A stretch of 64,000 nt of DNA. Source: a virus. Taxonomy: Duplodnaviria; Caudoviricetes. The notes below the pieces were generated by a model that did not search any database, was not told the DNA's origin, and worked only from the letters and a program-made list of their open reading frames with translations. The stretch lies in the IMG/VR virus record IMGVR_UViG_3300028603_000002, positions 96,001-160,000 of that record; one strand, 5' to 3'. Made by a program: the position numbers and the translations under genes. The number at the start of each line of letters is the position of its first letter. Positions within the stretch are counted from its first letter, which is position 1. This document shows, piece after piece, positions 23,108 through 31,461 of the stretch.

Positions 23108-24288
23108 GAAGTTAAAGAGAAAACCAATCACTTTCCTCTTGTCTACTCAGAAGCTCCTCAACAGCCTCTTTGGTAGCAGGACAAGCGGAGTAAAAACAAT
23201 TCTTTGCTTTCACCTCAAGTTGCTTCAGCTTTTCAAAGTCTCCGTCCACTAATTGAAAAAGAAACAGAGTTTGCTCGTTGCTGTGATTAGTCCGATCGGT
23301 TAACCAATTAAGTCGTTCTTTATCAAGCTCGTACTTATAGGTATCTTTGCGTCCATACTTCAATTCCATATTCTATTAGCTTTACGATGTTACTGTTTAT
23401 ACGGGTGTTAGACGCAACGCTAAGAAACCAACCTACCTTCGACATTTTCTTTCATTTTGATTAACTCATCCCTATAACCAGAACCACCATCTTGGTTGGA
23501 ATAGGGCATTTGCAAGTGTTCATTTATTTTTACCAACAACTTAGCTGTTTTCACTTTGTTATCCTGATGCTGGTCAATCCATTTATTGTATTTACGAATA
23601 ACTTTGTTTAGTTTGGTTCTACCTTCTTTCCACCAAGATATACCTACATTTTCATCCCACTCTACTATTTTTTCCATATTCCGTTCGCTTTACGATGTTA
23701 CTGTTTATACGGGTGTTGTGTGTAATTAAAGCAAGCCATCGTTATTTTCGCCCATCATCGTATCAACGGCTTTTTCAGCATCTTTAGCCGCACTTTTAAG
23801 CAGCTTCTTTGTGTTTTCAGGTTCGTTTCCTGTGGCTACATCTACCACGTCTTTTACAATTGCAACAGGTGTAAGTGCTGTTTTTACTGCTGCTGAAATT
23901 ACGTTTGTTAAGAATCCCATTTGATTAAAATTAACTGCTGCCAACAATGTAGTAAGGCACAGGCAGCGTTTGTGCTTATCGCTGTGGGTGGTTGAGTTTA
24001 TACGAGGGGTAGGTGTAATACTAAAGATTCCTACTAACCAACCCTGTTCCATTACACCAAGTACAATCTTCTTCATTACCAAAATCGTCTATTTCAATTT
24101 TACCGCCACCCCAACAAACAGTACATTCCAATAATTCCTTAGTGGAAGTACTGCTGCCAACAGCACCTAAATCGCTATTGGCGGTGCTGTGGTTGTTCTT
24201 ACTTTCGTTCTTACTTTCGTTCATTACGGTTTAAGTTTTACCGAGTTTCCTAAATTGAGGGTAGTTATGTTTATACGGGTGTTGTGCT

Positions 24289-24693
24289 TCATGCAAGGAA
24301 ACTCCCGTGCTTAATTATGAAGTACAGTTTATTAGGGTCTCCGCCTAAATCAGGCTTGCCCCATCCGATCTCAATTCCTTTGTGTTCCATTTTCAATATC
24401 CTTTCCTTATCAGTTGATTTTGGATAACCCAATGTCATTGTGTTTGTAAGGAATGGCTTAAAACCAATCATACTTCTTTTCAATTTATCCCCTGCAATAC
24501 TTGACAGATAGGCGTTTATAGATTGTTTGTCCAAGTAATCCCAATCATATCCAGACGTGTACTTAAAAACCTTCTTATAGTCAAATACAAGTCTTTTAAA
24601 CCAGTAATCGTTTATGTCTCGATAATCTTCGGTTTTTACGCCCGATTTGGTCATGTCGAACCATTTTTTTTTAAGTGATAATTGCAAATTCAT
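24289..24693 (-). CDS. ASCH/PUA-like domain protein (cassette)
   Basis: LQLSLKKKWFDM.KSG.K.E.YR..ND.W..RL motif. Confidence 0.6.
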   Translation of the reverse strand: MNLQLSLKKKWFDMTKSGVKTEDYRDINDYWFKRLVFDYKKVFKYTSGYDWDYLDKQSINAYLSSIAGDKLKRSMIGFKPFLTNTMTLGYPKSTDKERILKMEHKGIEIGWGKPDLGGDPNKLYFIIKHGSFLA

Positions 24694-24715
24694 TTTGTAT
24701 CAGTTAAGCACGAAA

Positions 24716-24844
24716 GCACAACAATTGCTATAAAACATAGGGCGTTCGTGCGGTTATTAAAGTGTAGGGTTGTTTTTCAGGTGTTCGGTGTTTTCGAACA
24801 ATTCGGCTATCTATACCCTACGTTTCATGGCATAGCCGTTAGCG
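24716..24844 (+). repeat. attC-like site
   Basis: GCACAAC...GTTAGCG; arms GCTATAAAACATAGGG / CCCTACGTTTCATGGC. Confidence 0.7.
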
Positions 24845-24845
24845 T

Positions 24846-25034
24846 TCATTTTGACGACGCTCTCCGTACTTCTTCATTAAGCACATCGTAATTGTCTTTA
24901 ATGTACGCCTTTACATCGCCACTGCATTTGTTATTGTCATACAACCAAATCAGATAAGACGCAGGGACATTTATCATTTTATAACCTTGATATTTTCCCC
25001 AAGGCATAGGGCTTTCATCTGTTAAGTTTGCCAT
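24846..25034 (-). CDS. DUF3820-like protein (cassette); start at 25034, MANLTD
   Basis: MPWGKYQG.KM.NVPASYLIWL motif; ATG just after module 25039-25059. Confidence 0.6.
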   Translation of the reverse strand: MANLTDESPMPWGKYQGYKMINVPASYLIWLYDNNKCSGDVKAYIKDNYDVLNEEVRRASSK

Positions 25035-25071
25035 TTTGTTTAAGTTTATACTGGTGTTGTAGCACATACGA

Positions 25072-25287
25072 TCACTGCACTTTTGGTCTCCAATGTGTGA
25101 TTTCGTAATCAACATCACCATACTGTCTGTAATCGTAATGTCCAATTCCTGCCTCAATCCACCAAGTATCCCCCAAGTAGTAGCCAACAAGTATCTCATC
25201 ATTATAGTCTTGCCTTAGCTCACAATCAATAGGCTCATCGTTTGCGTCTAATTCAGGCAGTCTTTCATTTACATTTATCCAATTCAT
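25072..25287 (-). CDS. DUF551-like protein (cassette)
   Basis: MNWINVNERLPE...ITHWRP. Confidence 0.65.
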   Translation of the reverse strand: MNWINVNERLPELDANDEPIDCELRQDYNDEILVGYYLGDTWWIEAGIGHYDYRQYGDVDYEITHWRPKVQ

Positions 25288-25672
25288 ATCAGTTCACGTT
25301 AAGTTTATACGGGTGTTAGCAGCAATTATGCCCTTTTAGGATAGTGCTTCATACATTTGAAACAAGCCATTTCATCATATAGTGGTTTTAACTCAACATT
25401 GCAATCAGGGCATAACTGTTCGCTTTGCCCTACAACATCATGTATGTGTAAGGCTATGTTTAGTGCTTTATCAGCAAGTTTGTAAACAGTTGTAGTTCTA
25501 GCAAGCTGTTGTGTTTGCATTTGATGTTCCTTTATTTCTTCAAGTATCTTAATTATATCTTCCATTTCTAATAATGTTTAGTGTGAATATTCGCCCTACA
25601 TATACACCCGGCCTTTAGCGTCCAGCCTATCGCTGTGGGTGATTAAGTTTATACGGGTGTTATGTGCAAGCA

Positions 25673-26062
25673 CTACTGACCTGCTTCTTTATCAAGTTTT
25701 TTATAATGTCGTATAACATACGCAAGTTTATCTCTAAAATTAACCCTTCGCAATTGTTGAATAATGTCGCTGAATTTTTGTGCTTCATTATCAGGTATCA
25801 TCGAAATTAGTATATCATCGTGTTCGCAATGTATAGTTTCCATAAAATCATCTTGTGTCAAGCCTTCATCACAATGGTCATACATTTTTAATCTTGATGC
25901 TATTTCAGCACAATATTTGTGAGTTTTCCAGTCGTAAACTTGACCATCGTATTTGTGAGTAGATTTTATATAAGTATCACCTTTAGGTATTCTACACGCA
26001 CAAAAATTACAACTATGTTCTTTAATGGCTTTCGTTTCTTTTGGGTATGTTAATGTTTCCAT
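25673..26062 (-). CDS. Zn-binding hypothetical protein (cassette)
   Basis: KEHSCNFC..RIPKG..Y...H..C pattern. Confidence 0.55.
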   Translation of the reverse strand: METLTYPKETKAIKEHSCNFCACRIPKGDTYIKSTHKYDGQVYDWKTHKYCAEIASRLKMYDHCDEGLTQDDFMETIHCEHDDILISMIPDNEAQKFSDIIQQLRRVNFRDKLAYVIRHYKKLDKEAGQ

Positions 26063-26923
26063 ATTTTAATCAAATTTTAGTTGTTAATAACCCGCTACTA
26101 CATATATCGGATGCGGTTAAGTTTATACGGGTGTTGTAGGCAAGCTCTACTTACATCTGAAGTGAGTGAGTACTGCCATCGGATGTTCATCTTCATATCT
26201 ACATTCCGTACCATCATCAAACCTACACAGGCAGTTTCGTTTTGCGTACTCATTGAATATTGATTCATTACCTTCAAATTCGAGCCAGCCACTAACAGCA
26301 AATAAATCCAATATTCTGTCAGCGGTATTGGCAACGCTTTCACCTATTATACACTTGTTTAATAGGTCGATAATTTGTTCTCTTTTTTCCATACTGTCTT
26401 TATTATTTAAGTTAGTTGTAATGTCTCCATACTAAGCCACTCGCCTTTATATTTACCAGTGTAAAAGGGTATATTGCAAAAGCTCTCCAAAAGAAGGAAA
26501 CTTCGGCATCAAGTGCGCTTAGTATCCCGATAGTGGCGTACCACATAATCCATAATCCCACTATAAGCACCACCGCTAACAATCTACGAAATGCATTCCT
26601 ATTGGTTTCTTTATAATTTTCATCCATGATTCTATGTTTTGTGTTTATTTATTAAATTCTATGGTTCAACGCATCTAATACTCTTCCGTTGGCAGAAATA
26701 CAAGTTGGCCGTTATCCCATCCGCTCAGGTTAATTTCAATCGGCAAAAGTGACTCCTTGCCGTCATATATGCCGTGCGTGTATTGATGCAAAAACGCTAA
26801 CTGCTCATTCTCTGTCAACTCGCGGGTAACCTTAAACGACCCAGAGCCTATCGTTTCGCCAGTGTCACGTTGGTAAACTTTGAATCTGTATGCAAATCTT
26901 TGCATTCTAATTTTTCTCTAATG

Positions 26924-27301
26924 TTAGGCACAAGCACTACCGACACGCTCCAAAATAGCATCTGCGTGACAAGGAGAAGAAAGCGAGCAAAAACACGCTA
27001 AATCCTTTCCTTTTAGTTCGGTAATGCTTGGCGGAGTTGGCAAATAAGGTGCAATTGCTTTTAATTCACCATCAAGCCATCGGCCGTATAAATCAACAAT
27101 ATCTTTTGTTTCAAATCCACCTGAATAACTCCACATTATCCAAGGGTCTAATATTTTCCGATTAGTCGAGTAGCATTGAATAAAGCCATCATGTGTTAAT
27201 CGAAATGGATTTCCCCATTTAGTAGGTCTCCCTACATACTTTGCGTTTTCGGGCATTCTCCATCCCTTTGTTCGCCTTCTTTGTATTCGTTTCATAATCA
27301 A
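26924..27301 (-). CDS. DUF4326-like protein (cassette)
   Basis: RIQRRRTKGWRMP...YVGRPTKWGNPF...LKGKDLACFC...CHADAIL. Confidence 0.7.
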   Translation of the reverse strand: MIMKRIQRRRTKGWRMPENAKYVGRPTKWGNPFRLTHDGFIQCYSTNRKILDPWIMWSYSGGFETKDIVDLYGRWLDGELKAIAPYLPTPPSITELKGKDLACFCSLSSPCHADAILERVGSACA

Positions 27302-27307
27302 AATTTA

Positions 27308-27508
27308 TCACTTATTTGGTAGTTCTGGCAACTCCGTCCAATGAGAAGGGAACACGCTCTCCCCATTTACTACCCATGTTTTGCCATCTTTGTGTAAATG
27401 TCCAACCCTCATTATAGAGTCTTCACCTGTTTCTTGAAGTATTAGCAACACTTCTACTTCCGTATCGGGGGTATTGTAATTTACATCAAACCAAATTGTT
27501 TCATTCAT
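27308..27508 (-). CDS. DUF551-like protein (cassette)
   Basis: W.DV....P...SHWTELPELP. Confidence 0.5.
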   Translation of the reverse strand: MNETIWFDVNYNTPDTEVEVLLILQETGEDSIMRVGHLHKDGKTWVVNGESVFPSHWTELPELPNK

Positions 27509-28580
27509 ATCTGTTCACGTTAAGTTTATATAGGTGTTAGCAAACATTAGGTAAGTGATATGTAATATTTTTTCTTTTGATTTTCGACTGCATCAACAAA
27601 CCAACTTGGTAAGTTGTATTCAGTACATATTTTTTCAAACTCTATTTTAGGTAAGTAGCCTTTTGCTCTATCTTCTGCATACATTTTTATATGTAGGTTT
27701 ACACTACCTTTCGTCTTTAATAGAGTTTTTAACTTTTCAGGTTCACAAGTTGGTTTTATTACACCATTAGTATCATATAGGTAAAAACATTCCTTTGCGG
27801 TTTTACCGTTTTTATCAAATTGTATCAATTCAATTCCTTTTTTATTATGATAGTATTCAGTACCATCAAAAGAAAAAATATTAGATACAGATAAGTACCA
27901 ATTATAGTCTCGCTCAAAGTTTTTGCTGTATTTCATAACGTTTGCTAACAAAGTGTATGTGTAATAAGGCTACTTATCTACTACCTTTTCAACTTTCAAC
28001 TCATAAAGCTCACCTTTGTATTTAAACTGAACTTTTTCTTCAAGCTGTAAAAGGTGTTGAGCTACTGCGCCAACAGCCGTATCTGTTACATCATGTTTTG
28101 TTTGCCCCCAAGTTCCGTTCTTCAAAACTCTTCCAGCAAATAATCTACTCGTTAAAGGTGAGCAACCTACTTTAAAATCTGACATAATCTTTTTGTTTTA
28201 ATACTGACTACTTTACATTCCATATCAGTTTCCGTTAAGTTTATATAGATGTTGACAGCCATTTATTGAAACCACTGCTTAATCTGTTCTGTTCTTTGTT
28301 CGATCATCTCATTAATCTTTGGCAGCAATGGATAATTAGTTTCGTCAATCCAAACAGTTTCAGACTTACCATCTTTGCCTAATATAACTGTCGGAGTTGC
28401 TACAGAATAAATTTCTGTTCTTTTAGCGTGGAGTTGTTGCAACTGGTTATCGTTCAAGATCGCTTCTGAAATTAAACGGGGGCGAAGAGCGTATTTATTC
28501 AATGTGGAGTTTTTGTCGTTATTGTTCATTTCGGTATTTCGTTTTAATCTTCCGCGCTGGCATAGCGGATGACGTTAAGT

Positions 28581-28790
28581 TTATCCGGGGTTGATTGTGT
28601 CTTGAAACTTCTTCCTCAATGCTGACATCATAGCCTCAATAGCCCTGGGCATTTTTTTCACAACTTCATCTTTTGTTCGGCCCTGAACGACAACACCCTT
28701 AAGCTCCTTAATAATTCCTATGAACAATCCGGTTTTCTCATTATGAATTATCACCCCAGTGAAATTCTTGGTTTGTGCTTGTCTTCCCAT
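28581..28790 (-). CDS. HicB-like antitoxin domain protein (orphan)
   Basis: FTGVII...F.G.I.EL.GVVVQGRT.DEV...M..AI pattern; stop lies inside the last module copy. Confidence 0.5.
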   Translation of the reverse strand: MGRQAQTKNFTGVIIHNEKTGLFIGIIKELKGVVVQGRTKDEVVKKMPRAIEAMMSALRKKFQDTINPG

Positions 28791-28818
28791 GATAAGTGCT
28801 TTTGATTGATGTATGAAA

Positions 28819-29127
28819 TTAATTAGCTTCCACATGTAGTCCGGATTTTTTGAACTTTTTTATAGCATTCCTGAGATTCAGAGCCGTAATGTAGTAGCAC
28901 TCCTTCCGGAGAATTAATTTGTTCCGTTTAACGTAACTCCCAGTTAACGACTCTACCGCTATATCCACCTCCTCCAACGGAGCTTCTGTCACTACCCCAT
29001 CATCCCATTGATACACTGTATGCCCAGGCTTCAGTCGTCGTGTACCGATAAAGCGGACTTTTTTCTCCTCCGCGGGGGTAACAATTTGCTGTTCTTGTTT
29101 AATTTGATCTGGCTTAATCTCCTTCAT
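28819..29127 (-). CDS. Hypothetical protein
   Basis: ORF track; follows promoter 29200-29231. Confidence 0.6.
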   Translation of the reverse strand: MKEIKPDQIKQEQQIVTPAEEKKVRFIGTRRLKPGHTVYQWDDGVVTEAPLEEVDIAVESLTGSYVKRNKLILRKECYYITALNLRNAIKKFKKSGLHVEAN

Positions 29128-29199
29128 TGTTTTCCTTTTTTGTCAATGTAACGTGCAATAATTCATGTTTTCATAATTTTATCTTTTTAATTTGTACTA

Positions 29200-29388
29200 T
29201 AAAGATATGAAAAATATTTCAAAGTACCAACTATGAAGCGAAAGATGTTTCTAAATTTGACCCGACCGCGGGAAAATTTATAATATCAGGTACAAAGATA
29301 AAATTTATTGTGTAATTATCGAAATTTTCAATTCAAATAATTTTCCTACATGTTTATTTGGATATCTCCTAAAAATTCATTATCTTTA
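29200..29388. promoter_or_regulatory. Divergent promoters (29200-29231 on -, facing array B; 29357-29388 on +)
   Basis: (G/T)TTG-N20-TATCTTTA on each strand. Confidence 0.65.
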
Positions 29389-29410
29389 TTATGAAATAAA
29401 ACAAGAAACT

Positions 29411-29626
29411 ATGTATTATGTAGAAACAATGATTGATGGTATACTCCATTACAAAACAACACCGCATGGAAATTGGATACCTATTTCTATAGAAGTACTA
29501 TCACAAAGGGTGGTAAAAGCGGAAAAAAGAGTATCATTACTTAAAGATCAATTGCAAGAAGCTAAAAGTATACCCAAACTAACTTCTGAAGCTCTTGGGC
29601 AATTATTCACTGGAAAATCTAATTGA
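29411..29626 (+). CDS. Hypothetical protein
   Basis: ORF after promoter. Confidence 0.6.
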   Translation: MYYVETMIDGILHYKTTPHGNWIPISIEVLSQRVVKAEKRVSLLKDQLQEAKSIPKLTSEALGQLFTGKSN

Positions 29627-29627
29627 T

Positions 29628-31457
29628 ATGAATAAAGAAGTATCCAAATTAGTACAAGAAATTACAACTGAAAAACACGGTACTATATCTGTGGGTGGTA
29701 TATTATATCGTCGTGAGGACGTATATAAGATTGTTAAAATTGAAGAAACTGAGTGGGGTCCTGTATGTTATTGTATCGATCCTGATGGTGATGAACATAA
29801 AGTGTCTCGCAGTAGTTTACAAGACTATTATCAATACTATGAAGGTGATTTCGATGATCTGGTTAAGAAAGCAATAGCATTGAAACGAGGAGAATTTGAT
29901 CTAAGTGAATACCAGGAACAGTCTAATTCCGAATCAACTCAACTGATGAAGATAGATAAGAAATCATATGAAGTCTTATTATCTGATGTTAAGCGTAGAA
30001 GACATGAGCTTTCTATAATTCAAGCTCATTATCTCAGTATATTAGAAAGAGAAAAACGTAATTTAAGATCTATTATAGATACGTTTAACAAGAAGATTAA
30101 TAAGTTACGGGAGATTATATGGACTATTGAATTATATCTTGGTATAGAGGAGGATATAGTGCGCATTCAACAAGGAGCACCAGCATCAGACGAGGAACCT
30201 ATACATTTATTACAAGCTAGGCTATACATGGATGAAGAAGTTGGAGATCCAAGTGACGGTGGTCTTGATTTCAAAAATATTGAAGATTTCGATAATTGGA
30301 TGCTTAGTAAAAGCAAATTTTATGGATTTGAAAATTACAAATTGATAGTACCATTTCCGAAATGTGTACGTATAATGCGAGTAAGGCGGGATCAAAAGGA
30401 ATACCATGATAATCCATGGGTTAACTTCGAAATGAATATCCCGAACATGGAGACGTATATCATTATACGCAACGGTGAGAATATTTACACCATATCTACA
30501 ACTATGAGATTCGATGAAAAGTTATTTCCTGATTCTGATGAATTAGTGAAAATGTACGAGGAGATGGATAAAGATATCAATAATCCAAATATAATCAGTC
30601 GCAGCTATGATCCCGAAGAAAGGCATAAAAATAAAATTGATGAATTCATGCATACATACCGTAGAAATATGGTCGTAATGCAAGGTTTGCTTGATCGTAC
30701 CGAGGTTTTTGGTAATATGTCGGGTAAAGTATCCTTTATGAATGAAAAGTCTGCAGAAGAAGGCAAAATAGTGTTCTTCTACGAGAATCAAGGCAACCAA
30801 ATTGAAGATGGATCTGTCGATCCATTAAAATGGTTTGAAATCGCCAGTAGTAATCCAGTAGAAGGTCAACGAGTATTAGTCATTACTGAATCGGATTGGA
30901 AAACTTCAGAAGAACGTAATTATCGAATATATAACAGATATTTTTCAAATAAATGGGCATATCCAGATGCCATCCGAAACGGTATATATACCTTACATAT
31001 AGATAAGGAACATAGAGAATATGGTGAAAATAAAACTGTACTATATGTTAAATATTTGCCGAATGATGAAGTTTACACTGAGTATGGTAGCAAAGAAAGA
31101 ACCAGAAGATTTAGGTGGCGTCTGCATCCTAAAGAGTGTATTAATTTCGATCTTATATCACATAGAAATATCCAATGGGTAGATAATATGCTACATGATA
31201 GGAGAGTTAGAAAACATTATTCGAGATACATGAATACATTAATTGCTCTGAAGAAATACAAAGATAAAGAGTTAGAAGAAGAGTTACCATTCTGTCAACT
31301 CATACAAAGTTACTATCCAAAATTGGATATTGATGAAATCAGAGATTATGTATTTTGGTGGAAAACTAAGAATAAATGGAAGAGATCATTGACAGTAGAT
31401 GATCAGAAAGCGATTCGAATGATTAGAAAGAAAATTGAATCAACCTATAAAACATAA
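29628..31457 (+). CDS. Large hypothetical protein with a coiled-coil segment
   Basis: About 610-aa ORF; no recognisable catalytic motif. Confidence 0.8.
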   Translation: MNKEVSKLVQEITTEKHGTISVGGILYRREDVYKIVKIEETEWGPVCYCIDPDGDEHKVSRSSLQDYYQYYEGDFDDLVKKAIALKRGEFDLSEYQEQSNSESTQLMKIDKKSYEVLLSDVKRRRHELSIIQAHYLSILEREKRNLRSIIDTFNKKINKLREIIWTIELYLGIEEDIVRIQQGAPASDEEPIHLLQARLYMDEEVGDPSDGGLDFKNIEDFDNWMLSKSKFYGFENYKLIVPFPKCVRIMRVRRDQKEYHDNPWVNFEMNIPNMETYIIIRNGENIYTISTTMRFDEKLFPDSDELVKMYEEMDKDINNPNIISRSYDPEERHKNKIDEFMHTYRRNMVVMQGLLDRTEVFGNMSGKVSFMNEKSAEEGKIVFFYENQGNQIEDGSVDPLKWFEIASSNPVEGQRVLVITESDWKTSEERNYRIYNRYFSNKWAYPDAIRNGIYTLHIDKEHREYGENKTVLYVKYLPNDEVYTEYGSKERTRRFRWRLHPKECINFDLISHRNIQWVDNMLHDRRVRKHYSRYMNTLIALKKYKDKELEEELPFCQLIQSYYPKLDIDEIRDYVFWWKTKNKWKRSLTVDDQKAIRMIRKKIESTYKT

Positions 31458-31461
31458 TAAC

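Larger units (their letters stand above)
20838..28593 (-). mobile_element. Cassette array B, integron-like, no integrase: about 24 short minus-strand ORFs
   Basis: 17 module copies on + starting at 20944, 21508, 21867, 22126, 22384, 22734, 23389, 23697, 23991, 24264, 25039, 25298, 25642, 26116, 27519, 28234, 28574; attC-like hairpins; complementary GTTRRRY/RYYYAAC-like cassette ends. Confidence 0.8.

Noticed and set aside
23921-25202. Long forms of ORFs 23726-24082 and 24846-25202
   Set aside because: The extensions cross module copies and overlap other cassette genes; starts at about 23920 (MGFL) and 25034 (MANL) fit better.
26081-26435. Overlapping ORFs 26081-26263, 26098-26343 and 26166-26435
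   Set aside because: They are antisense or alternative-frame shadows of 26147-26392, and two of them span a module.
8793-28593. CRISPR array interpretation of the 21-bp repeat
   Set aside because: The intervening segments are about 230-1400 bp, variable in length and protein-coding, and no cas genes are present.
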